In this document: in pieces, positions 1 to 10,762 of the stretch
Layout: each line of letters starts with the position of its first letter
How positions within the stretch are numbered: the stretch's first letter is position 1
Assembly (NCBI GenBank): GCA_964640655.1
Contig: CAZXFT010000012.1
Span: forward strand, 32,191-96,190
Reading direction: 5' to 3'
DNA from: an uncultured Bifidobacteriaceae bacterium
GTDB lineage: Bacteria > Bacteroidota > Bacteroidia > Chitinophagales > UBA10324
DNA: 64,000 bases
The notes under the pieces: model-generated
Databases searched by the model: none
Told to the model about the DNA's origin: nothing
The model's input: the letters and a program-made list of their open reading frames with translations, nothing else
Made by a program: the position numbers and the translations under genes

Positions 1-243
1 GCAGCGCTTCCTCGCAACTTCTTAACCCGTTGGATGAACAAAAATAAAGACCTGAAACGCAGCATATCACAGATAATTCCAGAACATTTACGATATCGAT
101 TGCGACAGGTGTTTTATGACACTAAGAATATGCCTGTACTAACTGCTGAAGATTACACAGCACTGATGCCATTGTTTATTTATGATATTCAACGCACAGA
201 AAAAATTACAGGGTTATCATTACAACACTGGTTTAAACCTTGA
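1..243 (+). CDS. Sulfotransferase family protein, C-terminal fragment (gene starts before the window)
   Basis: Frame is open from base 1 (AALPRNFLTRWM...). The tail PRN...FIYDIQRTEKITGLSLQHW parallels the tail of the sulfotransferase at 4012-4893 (PRN...FAEDLRKTESLTGLNLKAW). Confidence 0.7.
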   Translation, partial: AALPRNFLTRWMNKNKDLKRSISQIIPEHLRYRLRQVFYDTKNMPVLTAEDYTALMPLFIYDIQRTEKITGLSLQHWFKP

Positions 244-1187
244 CACACTTGAATTCTGTTGCCGTTATCATTGTTCACTTTGGCGATTACGCATTAACAA
301 GGGCTTGTATTGAAAGTGTGCTGTTATCGAGCGAGGATGTGCACATAGTTGTCTGCGACAACTCGATGAATATAAGCAATGATACTCTCAGAAAAGATTT
401 TGAGCATATAGCCATCAGCGATATTAATAAATCAGATGCTGTTGGGAACAATAAACTACTCTGGCATAAGATGCTTTTCAATAGTGGCTATGCAGCAGCT
501 GCCAATGCGGGAATTCGTCTGGCTCAAAAATATTTTTCATCTGATTACTTTCTGATACTGAATAATGATTGCACCATAGAGCAAGCTTGCATAGAAAAAT
601 TAATGAGATGCTATCAGTCAATAATTGACTGTGGATTGCTTGGTGCTAAAGTATTGTTTAGAGACAATGATATATTCATTAACTCAGTTGGCGGATACTT
701 TAATGCCTGGACAGGCTGGCAAAAAAATATTGGTGCCCGGGAAAAAGATAGCGGACAGTACATAGGCTTATTACAACCCGATTATGTGTATGGTGCCTGT
801 ATGTTTTTTAGTAAGGCATTCATTAATCAGGTGGGTTTAATGGATGAACATTTTTTGCTTTATCACGAAGAGCATGACTGGTGTGTACGCGCTGTGAAGA
901 AAGGTTTTAACAATTATACCTGTTGTGATGCGGTAGTTTATCATCAACAAGGTGCTTCGAGCGGTAAAAAAATTAAACATCTCGATGCTCCTGAATTTAT
1001 TTTGATTTTACAATACAGTAATCTCATCAGGTTTTATCTCAAACATTACCCGCTCCTACTACCTATTGCATACTTCAGACTCCTGTTAATTATGCTTAAA
1101 CGAATGCTGCAAGGCAAGTTTAAGCATTCGTTATTACTTCTTAGCGTTATCTTCGGAAAACGGATTCATACACTTCCTGCACTATGA
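240..1187 (+). CDS. Glycosyltransferase family 2
   Basis: VAVIIVHF, VVCDNS, NSGYAAAANAG, LILNND, GACMF, MDEHFLLYHEEHDWC motifs. Confidence 0.92.
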   Translation: MTHLNSVAVIIVHFGDYALTRACIESVLLSSEDVHIVVCDNSMNISNDTLRKDFEHIAISDINKSDAVGNNKLLWHKMLFNSGYAAAANAGIRLAQKYFSSDYFLILNNDCTIEQACIEKLMRCYQSIIDCGLLGAKVLFRDNDIFINSVGGYFNAWTGWQKNIGAREKDSGQYIGLLQPDYVYGACMFFSKAFINQVGLMDEHFLLYHEEHDWCVRAVKKGFNNYTCCDAVVYHQQGASSGKKIKHLDAPEFILILQYSNLIRFYLKHYPLLLPIAYFRLLLIMLKRMLQGKFKHSLLLLSVIFGKRIHTLPAL

Positions 1188-2473
1188 CGAATACAATCGG
1201 TGAGTTTTTTGTGCTGAGAATAGCTGCATACAGGATCATTACTTTAGTAATTATGCTGCTCAGCTTTCAGTATTTCACACTCTCACCGCTGGCTGCATAC
1301 ACAACAAATATTGAAAAAGGATTTACGGTATTCATTCTTTTGTTTTTACTCGTTTATCTTCTATTTAAAGTTATACAAACAAAAACACTCGAAACCATTG
1401 ACATACTTGTTTTGGTGATGAGTTTTGGAATTCCTCTTTACTCTGCATTTATAGCAAAATTTTATTGGTCTCAACCCATTTTACATGGCTTCACCACACA
1501 AAAATTTTGGTATATAGCTCTTGGGGCTTTTGTGGTTTACTATTTCCTAAGAAACAAATACATCACAATACTCGATATACACCACATGATGCTTGGTGTA
1601 GCTTGGTTCAGTCTTGCAATTTATCTTTTGGTGGAAGTGATGTTTGATGCAACTAAATTTCGCGACACCAACTTTGTGTACTGCAATCCGGCAAAAGGCG
1701 GATGTGGATTTAAATTCAACACTTTTTTTCTGGGTTATGCTATGCTCTATTATTATATCAAGGCTATTAAAGAGAAGAGGCATTTTTGGTTACTCGTGAG
1801 TGGTTTGTTCTTTGCATACTTTCTTTTCTTTTTTCAGAAACGTGGCGTCATTATCATTACCGGGATCACGTTTATTATCATATTGATTGCCAACACCAAT
1901 GCTAAAAGTTTTATAAAATACATCAGCATATTTCTAACAACATTTGTTGTTATGTTAGGTTCATTATACTTAGTCTCTCAGCAAAAATTCAATACACTGG
2001 TTGGACAATACGGAAACTTCGTAGATATACTTCAGGGTGAAGAGACAGGTGAAGGCAGCGCCGATTCCCGTATACGCGAGTTGGCTACCATGGCAAAATT
2101 TTCGTCAGAACATAAAACCGCTTGGATATTTGGAAATGGTAAATGGAGTGATAACTGGGAACAAAATCCGGCACTTATTGAAAAATTCTTCCCAAGCGAT
2201 TTGGGTTTGGTCGGGGTGTTTTTTGTTTATGGCATTGTTGGATTTCTGTTAGTTCACATTCAATTCTACTTTACAACACGATGGTTGCGAAAAAATGAAA
2301 CTACCACTTACCCCATAATCTATCAGCATTTCAAATACTTCCTATTGTTTTATTACTTACGAAGTTTATTCAGCGGGTCCATATTTTTTGGATCAGGTCC
2401 TGCCATTACTTTGTTTTTTGTTGTTTTGTTTTATTACATAAAAAAATATGAAACCGATGTTTCTGTATCCTAA
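1184..2473 (+). CDS. Polytopic membrane protein, Wzy/O-antigen ligase-like polysaccharide polymerase
   Basis: About 11-12 hydrophobic segments, loop S.DSRI...IFGNG...SDLGLVG.F..YG, located in a glycosyltransferase operon. Confidence 0.65.
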   Translation: MTNTIGEFFVLRIAAYRIITLVIMLLSFQYFTLSPLAAYTTNIEKGFTVFILLFLLVYLLFKVIQTKTLETIDILVLVMSFGIPLYSAFIAKFYWSQPILHGFTTQKFWYIALGAFVVYYFLRNKYITILDIHHMMLGVAWFSLAIYLLVEVMFDATKFRDTNFVYCNPAKGGCGFKFNTFFLGYAMLYYYIKAIKEKRHFWLLVSGLFFAYFLFFFQKRGVIIITGITFIIILIANTNAKSFIKYISIFLTTFVVMLGSLYLVSQQKFNTLVGQYGNFVDILQGEETGEGSADSRIRELATMAKFSSEHKTAWIFGNGKWSDNWEQNPALIEKFFPSDLGLVGVFFVYGIVGFLLVHIQFYFTTRWLRKNETTTYPIIYQHFKYFLLFYYLRSLFSGSIFFGSGPAITLFFVVLFYYIKKYETDVSVS

Positions 2474-4001
2474 TCTGCTGCTGTATTTCTTGATAACTTT
2501 TTCTTCCTGCGTTCAACAAAAAGGCAAAACCGAGCCGCTGAACCTCACCATCAACTACAGCGACAATGCCAATAGCGTTGAACCTCTGTTGTTTGGTTCT
2601 TCTACATCTTCTATGTACTGGCAATCAGATTCGCGCAGTGATAAATTTATTTCTCTTGTGGACTCGCTTCAATTAAAAGTGCTTCGTTGGCCAGGTGGCA
2701 CCTTAGCGCAATTTTACCATTGGAATAAACCGGGTTATGGATTAAGTCAAAATGAAATCAAAGCCATACACGCACCTTACGCCAATAGCTTAAAAAATCA
2801 AAATGCTTATGTAGATGATAAATCGTTTACGCGCAGGTATGTCGACGACTTTGTTTTGTTTGCACAGAAAACTCATTCACAAGTATTGGTTTGTGCCAAT
2901 CTTGTTACAGCTAGCGATGAAGAAAATCTGGCGCTTCTCGATTTCTTTCAAAGTAAAAATATCATTGTATGTGGCGTGGAGTTGGGCAATGAACTATACT
3001 TGCCTATGATGCGCGGTGTGTTCAGTAATGATGTTCAGAAATATATTACCCGTTCAAAAACATTAGCTGAAAAAATCAAAAAGAAATATCCCAGTATGCC
3101 TTTAGCAGTATGTGGCGCACCTATACGAGACATAGCCGATGAAAATCCGCCTGAAGGCAGTGAAGCTGCCTTTTTCAGTGATTGGAATCAGCAACTGGCA
3201 AAACAAACTTTTTATGATGCTGTAGTATTGCATTATTACTTCCCTGTCAAGTGCAGTGGTACAGTAAGTTCTGTTTTTAATTGTGCATATAACGAAGTTC
3301 AAAATATCATCACCAAAACATTTCCTACTACTATAGAGATGTATCGCAACACATTTGGTAATAAAAGATTTTGGATAACAGAATGGAACTTTGCTACTAA
3401 AGCAACTCAGGGACGCTATGGTAATACTTTGTTACAAAACATGTTTATATCACGATTTTATGATGCAATTAATACTGTCAATTTGAAGTTCGCGAATCAA
3501 ATCACGATGGCTACTTATCAAACCTTAGCCGGGGATGTATATGGAACATGTATGATCATGGATAAAAACAAACGAGAGACATTTACTGATAAATCAGCAG
3601 ATCCTTACATTAGAAAGTCTTCTTACTTCGCACATATTATGATGAAAAATATTTTCAACAACAGTATGATTATGTGTGAAGTGAAAAGCAATAGCAGTGA
3701 TGTATATTGCAGTGCTTACTATGATAAATCAAGCGGTAAAATAACTTTGCATTATCAAAACACCGGAACTGAACCTTTCAAAATCAATTCCATTACTGTG
3801 AACGGGAAAAGTATTTCCATGCAAAGCTTAGTTAACGGTACATACCTTCAATCAGAAAACCTCTATGATGGATTTGGATTGAATAAGGCAGACGGAGAAA
3901 TGACCAATCGAAATACACCTAACATCGTCTCTATTCAAGACGAGATAAAAAACATCAACATTTCAAAATACTCTTACGGATATTTGCAGATAACACTATA
4001 A
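2448..4001 (+). CDS. Glycoside hydrolase clan-A (GH79/GH51-like) lipoprotein
   Basis: Lipobox FSSC; VLRWPGGT; VELGNE (acid/base); WITEWN (nucleophile). Confidence 0.75.
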   Translation: MKPMFLYPNLLLYFLITFSSCVQQKGKTEPLNLTINYSDNANSVEPLLFGSSTSSMYWQSDSRSDKFISLVDSLQLKVLRWPGGTLAQFYHWNKPGYGLSQNEIKAIHAPYANSLKNQNAYVDDKSFTRRYVDDFVLFAQKTHSQVLVCANLVTASDEENLALLDFFQSKNIIVCGVELGNELYLPMMRGVFSNDVQKYITRSKTLAEKIKKKYPSMPLAVCGAPIRDIADENPPEGSEAAFFSDWNQQLAKQTFYDAVVLHYYFPVKCSGTVSSVFNCAYNEVQNIITKTFPTTIEMYRNTFGNKRFWITEWNFATKATQGRYGNTLLQNMFISRFYDAINTVNLKFANQITMATYQTLAGDVYGTCMIMDKNKRETFTDKSADPYIRKSSYFAHIMMKNIFNNSMIMCEVKSNSSDVYCSAYYDKSSGKITLHYQNTGTEPFKINSITVNGKSISMQSLVNGTYLQSENLYDGFGLNKADGEMTNRNTPNIVSIQDEIKNINISKYSYGYLQITL

Positions 4002-4011
4002 CCCAATTGAT

Positions 4012-4893
4012 TTGGCAGAAGCTAGACCTACATTTTTTATCATTGGCGCACCCAAAGCAGGAACAACTTCGTTGTATTATTACCTCAAACAACACCCTCA
4101 AGTGGTGATGAGCTCTGTCAAAGAGCCCAACTTTTTTTCTTATCCTGAATTGGAAAAACAAAAACTGTATTACAAAGATGATTCGGTGAAGAATGAACAG
4201 GAGTATTTAAAATTATTTAATCATAACAATGCTCAGGCAAAAGCCATAGGCGAAGCCAGCGTATCTTATCTGTTCTATTCCGGCACGGCAGTGCGCATTA
4301 AATCTTTTCAGCCCGAGGCTAAAATTATCGTCATGCTGCGCAATCCTTTTGACCGCGCATGGAGTCACTATTTGATGGACTACAAGTTGAATTATGTGCG
4401 CGATTCTTTCGACAACATTGCCACCAAAAGGGTAAACGGACACAGAAACAATCAGCACTTTCAGCAATATATAGAACTCGGTCTATACCACCGGCAATTA
4501 AAGAATTACATCGATGTGTTTGGTAAAGAAAAACTATATATAGGCCTCTACGATGAGTTAAAAAATAATACTCAAAAGGTGTATGATGAAATATGTTCAT
4601 TCCTAAATATTGATAAAAAGACATTGCCTGAAGCATCGGCTTATAACAGCGCTGAAATGCCGCGCAATGGCCTGATCAAATCCCTATACGCTTCTGATAA
4701 CATACGCCGAGGACTCAAGAAAATGCTTGGCGGTGAACAAAGCAGAAAAATAAAATCTCTCCTGTTTAAAAAACCGGAGATGCAGGCTCAGGAAGAAACC
4801 CGCATACAACTCAAAAACTTGTTTGCTGAAGACTTACGCAAAACCGAATCGCTCACCGGACTTAATCTGAAAGCATGGTATGAAACCACGTAA
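4012..4893 (+). CDS. PAPS-dependent sulfotransferase
   Basis: 5'-PSB loop IIGAPKAGTTSL, KEPNFF, GEASVSY, 3'-PB motif LRNPFDRAWSHY; TTG start. Confidence 0.92.
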   Translation: MAEARPTFFIIGAPKAGTTSLYYYLKQHPQVVMSSVKEPNFFSYPELEKQKLYYKDDSVKNEQEYLKLFNHNNAQAKAIGEASVSYLFYSGTAVRIKSFQPEAKIIVMLRNPFDRAWSHYLMDYKLNYVRDSFDNIATKRVNGHRNNQHFQQYIELGLYHRQLKNYIDVFGKEKLYIGLYDELKNNTQKVYDEICSFLNIDKKTLPEASAYNSAEMPRNGLIKSLYASDNIRRGLKKMLGGEQSRKIKSLLFKKPEMQAQEETRIQLKNLFAEDLRKTESLTGLNLKAWYETT

Positions 4894-6058
4894 AGTGGCT
4901 ATGATTGAGCCTGTGGGAGGACACCGTGGCAACGAACTTTTTTTATACAACCTATGTAACGGATTACAACAAGCTCACTACAACACAACGCTTTACACCT
5001 GCAACGAAACCAATTTCGATGCTTTTCATCAACCTTTGTTTGAGGTTAAGAAATACTATAAAGATATTTATGGCAGTGCTCCGGCACTTTGGCGTGGGGT
5101 TCGGTATGCGCGGGGTGCATTTCAAACCGCAAAAGATTGTGCACGGCAACAAACCGATCTGGCACATATGCACATCTATCACTTTGCCAATCGCGAATAT
5201 GTAAATCAATATCTTTTGCATAAGCATAATATTAAAACTGTGCTCACCATTCATGATGTGGAGGATTTTGTTAAGTATGGCGGCAAACATTCATTAAATA
5301 AATATCGTCGATTTGAAAAATATAATCCGCACAACATAGTATTATCTGGCTACGCTAAAGACAAATTACTCCACTACTTTCCCAATACTCCCCAAGAAAA
5401 CATTCACATAATTCCTGTTACCGACAAAGACACCTTATACTTTAATCCCCATCGCACCAAAGCTGAAGCTCGTCGTGCACTGGGTCTGCAGCAGGATGAT
5501 TTTATTGTGATGTTTTTTGGTCAGATAAAAAAAGTTAAAGGGCTAGACCTTTTGATAGATGCATTTGCACAAACACTGAAAGGCAAAGAAGATGCACGTT
5601 TATTGATAGCCGGTATTCCTTGGAAAGTAGGCTTCGATACTTTTGAAAAGCAAATTCATCAACATCAAATTGAAGAACAATGTGTTCTTCGCCTGGAGTA
5701 TCACCCTAACGAGATAAAACCTGACTACTTTTCTGCTGCCGATATAGTGGTGTTACCCTATCGCGAAATTTTTGCCAGCGGTGTTTTAGTGAATGCGCTG
5801 CACTATGGTGCCGCCATCATCTGTTCCAATTTGCCCTTCTTTAAAGAATATGTACAACACGAGCGCGATTGCCTGATGTTTGAAAATGAAAATGCCGCAT
5901 CTTTAGCTGAGCAGCTTTCAATCGTTTATACGCATCGTAATAAAATATCACAACTCAAAACCGCTGCCCGATACACCGCAGACACCACGTTCAACATCGA
6001 ACGCATTGTGCGACAAACCATAGCGGTCTATGAGCAGGTGCTACAAGCTAACCAATAG
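4880..6058 (+). CDS. Glycosyltransferase family 4
   Basis: FFGQIKKVKGLDLL, AADIVVLPY, SGVL.NALHYG motifs. Confidence 0.92.
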   Translation: MKPRKVAMIEPVGGHRGNELFLYNLCNGLQQAHYNTTLYTCNETNFDAFHQPLFEVKKYYKDIYGSAPALWRGVRYARGAFQTAKDCARQQTDLAHMHIYHFANREYVNQYLLHKHNIKTVLTIHDVEDFVKYGGKHSLNKYRRFEKYNPHNIVLSGYAKDKLLHYFPNTPQENIHIIPVTDKDTLYFNPHRTKAEARRALGLQQDDFIVMFFGQIKKVKGLDLLIDAFAQTLKGKEDARLLIAGIPWKVGFDTFEKQIHQHQIEEQCVLRLEYHPNEIKPDYFSAADIVVLPYREIFASGVLVNALHYGAAIICSNLPFFKEYVQHERDCLMFENENAASLAEQLSIVYTHRNKISQLKTAARYTADTTFNIERIVRQTIAVYEQVLQANQ

Positions 6059-6112
6059 CATTCAGGCTTAATAAATAACTTCCTATTATTGTGTTCCTAA
6101 ATTTTTCAACTC

Positions 6113-7492
6113 ATGAAATCATATATCGAAACCCATAAAGACCGCTTCCTCAACGAATTGCTCGAATGGCTGCGCATGCCTTCAGTGAGCGCCGACCCTG
6201 CATTTAAAGACGATGTGCTGCGAGCTGCAGCCTTTGCTGCCGACAAACTAAAAGCTGCCGGAGCTGATAACGTAGAGATTATTGCCACCCCGGGTTATCC
6301 TGTGGTGTATGGTGAAAAAATTGTTGACGCCAAAAAACCAACCGTGTTAGTCTATGGTCATTACGATGTGCAACCCGCCGACCCTTATGAGCTTTGGGAT
6401 TCGCCTCCTTTTGAACCCGTGATTAAAAAATCGGAGCGCCACCCCGATGGTGCCATATATGCTCGCGGCTCCTGCGATGATAAAGGTCAAGTCTATATGC
6501 ACATCAAAGCATTTGAAGTAATGATGCAGACCGGTAACCTCGATTGCAACATCAAGTTTATGATTGAAGGTGAAGAAGAAGTTGGCAGCAGCAATCTTAA
6601 TCCATTCCTAGAAAAATATCGCGATAAACTGAAAGCCGATGTAGTATTGGTTTCCGACACATCTATGGTGTCTAACGATTGTCCCTCAATTACCGTGGGT
6701 CTGCGTGGCTTGTCTTACCTCGAAGTGGAAGTAACAGGCTCTAACCGTGACTTACACTCCGGAGTATATGGCGGTGCTGTTGCTAACCCCATCAACACTC
6801 TCGCAAAAATGATTGCCTCCCTGAAAGATGCCAACAACCGTATCACAATTCCAGGATTTTATGATGCTGTAAGAGAGTTTAGCGCTGAGGAGCGTGCTGA
6901 GATGGCCAAAGTACCATTCAGTCTGGATGAGTATAAAAAAGAACTGGATATAGATGATATAGAAGGTGAAACCGGCTACACTACATTGGAGCGTTCCAGC
7001 ATTCGTCCTACACTCGATTGCAACGGCATCTGGGGTGGTTATATAGGCAAGGGTGCCAAAACTGTATTGCCTTCAAAGGCTTATGCAAAAATCAGTATGC
7101 GTTTAGTACCCAATCAACAATCGGATAAAATCACCGAGTTGTTCACCAAACATTTTGAAGGCATAGCACCTAAATCAGTACGTGTAAAAGTTACTCCCCA
7201 CCATGGTGGCGAAGCAGCCCTTACTCCTACAAACAGCGTAGCTTATGCTGCGGCAAGCAAGGCCATGGAAACTACATTTGGTAAAAAACCTATTCCTACA
7301 TACGAAGGTGGCAGCATACCCATAGTAGCCAGCTTCGAACGCATACTTGGTCTCAAAACCATACTGATGGGCTTTGGGCTCAACAGCGATGCGCTGCACT
7401 CACCTAACGAACACTATGGCATATTTAACTATTTCAAAGGCATTGAAACCATACCTCACTTCTACAAGCATCTGGCGGAGATGAGTAAGTAA
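6113..7492 (+). CDS. M20 family dipeptidase
   Basis: YGHYDVQP, ARGSCDDKGQ, EGEEEVGS, DLHSG, GGSIP, HSPNE. Confidence 0.95.
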   Translation: MKSYIETHKDRFLNELLEWLRMPSVSADPAFKDDVLRAAAFAADKLKAAGADNVEIIATPGYPVVYGEKIVDAKKPTVLVYGHYDVQPADPYELWDSPPFEPVIKKSERHPDGAIYARGSCDDKGQVYMHIKAFEVMMQTGNLDCNIKFMIEGEEEVGSSNLNPFLEKYRDKLKADVVLVSDTSMVSNDCPSITVGLRGLSYLEVEVTGSNRDLHSGVYGGAVANPINTLAKMIASLKDANNRITIPGFYDAVREFSAEERAEMAKVPFSLDEYKKELDIDDIEGETGYTTLERSSIRPTLDCNGIWGGYIGKGAKTVLPSKAYAKISMRLVPNQQSDKITELFTKHFEGIAPKSVRVKVTPHHGGEAALTPTNSVAYAAASKAMETTFGKKPIPTYEGGSIPIVASFERILGLKTILMGFGLNSDALHSPNEHYGIFNYFKGIETIPHFYKHLAEMSK

Positions 7493-7580
7493 TGATAATG
7501 TCTTCAGAAAACAAAAAAAATTAGGCCGAATAAATACTTTCTCCTTCTCAAAATCAATAGTTGCACTCATTCCTTCAAAA

Positions 7581-8519
7581 ATGAAAAAAATAATCACCTG
7601 CATCACTTTAGTACTCTTAAGCATCGTGTCTTATGCGCAAGTAGATACCACTAATAACAAAACCAACGCCACTACCGAATACTACGATATAGTGGCTGTT
7701 TATCGCGAGCATATCGATGGTCGTGGCAGACGTATTCAATACACCACTGAATTAAAAGGTGAGATATTGAATTACGATGCCAATTCGGGTGTCATTACAT
7801 TTAAAGCCTTGGATGATAAAATGTACTCTCTAAAAAGTGGCGAGTACAAATACTTTCAGTACAATAAAGAATTTTCCATTAAAAATAAAGAAAGCAAAAA
7901 AGTAGTGCTTCGCCAGCGCAAGGAAACCCAGTTTCAATTATCTGCTGGACTGCGCTTAACCGCGCTCGATCTGCGCGACAATTTCGTTGCCGACGATTAT
8001 TACGTATGGTCGCAGGAAAGCAACTCCGATGTACCCATAGCCTTTTACTTTGGCGGCGGTAAATATTTTGGCCGAAAACATTTTGCCGGCTTAGGCGGAG
8101 AACTTGCCTTGTCTTCCTATGGCAAAAATTATATCAACGCCGGCTTACGCTATGTATATCAATATGATGCTTATAAACGCAACACCGCTTTTTACCTGCC
8201 TGTAGAGTTAAACTACTTCAGTGCTCAGTACAATCAGAACTATGATGTTGCCGACACACTAATCACATACTATCCAGGTGGGGGCTATTCCATAGAATAT
8301 CCAAGCCAAAAAAACATTGATCAACTCATGACTGCCGTATCATTTTCATTCGGGCAGGGAATCTCATTTATCTTAAACGATAAACACTCCATTTCTATAG
8401 AGATGTCATTAATCAAACTGTTTCCACTAAGCACTAGCTTCCCGAATCCGCCTACACGCATACCAAATGTAAGAATGGAAGGTATGGGTTTACGCTTTGG
8501 TTTTATTTATAATTTGTAG
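7581..8519 (+). CDS. Secreted protein with probable C-terminal outer-membrane beta-barrel
   Basis: Signal peptide (SYAQ), amphipathic beta strands, terminal strand LRFGFIYNL. Confidence 0.55.
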   Translation: MKKIITCITLVLLSIVSYAQVDTTNNKTNATTEYYDIVAVYREHIDGRGRRIQYTTELKGEILNYDANSGVITFKALDDKMYSLKSGEYKYFQYNKEFSIKNKESKKVVLRQRKETQFQLSAGLRLTALDLRDNFVADDYYVWSQESNSDVPIAFYFGGGKYFGRKHFAGLGGELALSSYGKNYINAGLRYVYQYDAYKRNTAFYLPVELNYFSAQYNQNYDVADTLITYYPGGGYSIEYPSQKNIDQLMTAVSFSFGQGISFILNDKHSISIEMSLIKLFPLSTSFPNPPTRIPNVRMEGMGLRFGFIYNL

Positions 8520-8543
8520 TAGTGGGATCGGGGAGTACGTCGA

Positions 8544-10760
8544 CTACTCCTCCCCAAATATCAAATTATTCGTAGTGCCGCCTTTATTATATTTATCGCA
8601 ATCTGTCTCAATATTCATTTCCAAAGGCCTCTGGAAACTACTTTCGGCATTAATGCCTAAACTCTTATCCGCGTAAACACTTTGCAGAAAATAAGCCCAT
8701 ATAGGCAAAGCCATTGAAGCACCCTGACCAAACTGCATCGAACGGAAACGGATAATGCGGTCTTCTCCACCAACCCAACATCCTCCGCACAACTGCGGTG
8801 TAATACCCATAAACCAGCCGTCAGTATTACTTTGTGTGGTTCCGGTTTTGCCGCCTAATTCTCCCTTTATATTATACTTGAATCGCATTCGGCGAGCGGT
8901 ACCAAAGTCAACCACATTCTGTAGCATACGGCACATAATATAGGCCACCTGATCATTGATTACTTCTACCTGTTTTGACTGAAACTCCTGTATCAGAGAA
9001 CCCTGATTATCGGTGATACGCATGATATACTGCGGTTTGGTATATACTCCGTGATTGACAAAAGTGCTGTAGGCTCCTGTCATTTCATATACACTGATGT
9101 CGGGTGTGCCCAGGCAAATGGAAGGATAAGGTTCCATATTACTCGTAATGCCCATACGTCGCGAAATATCTATCATAGGCTTTGGACCTAACTGCTTCAT
9201 CAGATATGCACTAATAGTGTTTACCGAGCCGGCAAGCCCCTGAAAGAGCGTAAGCATACCACCGTATTTATTATCAGAATTATCCGGTGCCCAGTTGTTA
9301 AAGTTTTCAAAAACAACTTTTTGATTGGCAACAGTATAACAAGGCGAGTATCCGTTTTCTATGGCCAGTGTATAGAGTATAGGTTTAATAGTAGAACCCA
9401 CCTGTCGCTTAGCCTTAACATTAACGTGGTCATACTGGAAGTACCGATGATTGATACCACCAACCCAGGCCAGCACATTGCCACTATGTGGATCCATAAC
9501 CATAAAGCCGGTGTGCAGAAACATCTTGTAATATTTGATAGAATCCCACGGCGACATAATGGTATCCAAATCTCCTTTATATGAATACACTGTCATATTA
9601 ATAGGTGTTTGAAAAACTTTTTTTATCGAGTCAGCAGAAACACCGCGCTTTTTCAATTTAATGTATCGGTCGCATTGCTTCATAGCGTTGGTAATGAAGT
9701 CATCGTTATCACCCCAGGGTCTTTTGGTTTTATAGCTTTTAAAGAATTGCCCCTGAAGTTCGTGCATATGTTTGTTAACCGCTTGTTCGGCATAACGCTG
9801 CATTTTGAAGTTGATACTGGTATAAACTTTTAAGCCATCCGTATAAAGGTTATAGTTGCTTCCGTCAGACTTGGTGTTTTCCTTACACCACTTCAAAAGT
9901 TCCTGTCGTAAAAACTCTCTGAAATAAGTGGCATTACCTTCGTTATGATCAGGGCTAACAAAATTGAGTCGTATAGGAATGTTTTTAATCGAGTCGGCAA
10001 CAGTAGGGGTTAAAAAATTGTACTTAGACATTTGATCCAATACAGTGTTACGTCTCGAAAGCGAGAGTCCGGGATTACGACGCGGATTGTACAGTGTGCT
10101 TCCTTTAAGCATACCTATCAGCACAGCAGCTTCTTCCACTTTTAATGAGTCAGGAATTTTATTGAAATAGGTGCGCGCCGCTGATTTGATACCATATGAG
10201 TTTTCGCTGAACTCAACCGTATTCAGATACAGATTGATGATTTCATCTTTGGTATATCGGCGTTCCAACTTCACAGAGGTAATCCACTCCTTAAGTTTCG
10301 CAGTGAGAATGGTGGAGAGAGTGCGCTCTTTGGGTCTCGGAAAAAGATTTTTTGCCAACTGTTGAGTTATGGTACTGGCTCCTTCCTTATCTCCCATCAA
10401 AGTGGCCACTATGGCTCTTAGGGTTCCCCAATAATCTATGCCGCTATGATCATAAAAACGAATGTCTTCGGTAGCCAATAAAGTGTTTTTGAGGAGCGGA
10501 GGTATCTCTTCAAACGAAGCAATGCTTCTGTTTTGGAAATAGTATTTACCCAATAATATGCCTTCGGCAGAATACACTTCGGTAGCTAGTTGGCTCCTAG
10601 GATTCTCTAATTGCTCGAACGAAGGCATATCGCCAAAAAGGCCTGCAGCAGTTAATGCAAAAACACCCGTAACTGCAATCACAAACACCACAACCGTAAT
10701 CCACAATCCAACAATATAAAATCGATATCCTTTATAGCTTTTCCCTTTACCCTTTGCCAT
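8544..10760 (-). CDS. mrcA: Class A penicillin-binding protein (PBP1A, transglycosylase/transpeptidase)
   Basis: ATEDIRFYDHSG, GASTITQQLAKNL, GSTIKP (SxxK), SVN, GKTGT. Confidence 0.93.
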   Translation of the reverse strand: MAKGKGKSYKGYRFYIVGLWITVVVFVIAVTGVFALTAAGLFGDMPSFEQLENPRSQLATEVYSAEGILLGKYYFQNRSIASFEEIPPLLKNTLLATEDIRFYDHSGIDYWGTLRAIVATLMGDKEGASTITQQLAKNLFPRPKERTLSTILTAKLKEWITSVKLERRYTKDEIINLYLNTVEFSENSYGIKSAARTYFNKIPDSLKVEEAAVLIGMLKGSTLYNPRRNPGLSLSRRNTVLDQMSKYNFLTPTVADSIKNIPIRLNFVSPDHNEGNATYFREFLRQELLKWCKENTKSDGSNYNLYTDGLKVYTSINFKMQRYAEQAVNKHMHELQGQFFKSYKTKRPWGDNDDFITNAMKQCDRYIKLKKRGVSADSIKKVFQTPINMTVYSYKGDLDTIMSPWDSIKYYKMFLHTGFMVMDPHSGNVLAWVGGINHRYFQYDHVNVKAKRQVGSTIKPILYTLAIENGYSPCYTVANQKVVFENFNNWAPDNSDNKYGGMLTLFQGLAGSVNTISAYLMKQLGPKPMIDISRRMGITSNMEPYPSICLGTPDISVYEMTGAYSTFVNHGVYTKPQYIMRITDNQGSLIQEFQSKQVEVINDQVAYIMCRMLQNVVDFGTARRMRFKYNIKGELGGKTGTTQSNTDGWFMGITPQLCGGCWVGGEDRIIRFRSMQFGQGASMALPIWAYFLQSVYADKSLGINAESSFQRPLEMNIETDCDKYNKGGTTNNLIFGEE

Positions 10761-10762
10761 AC

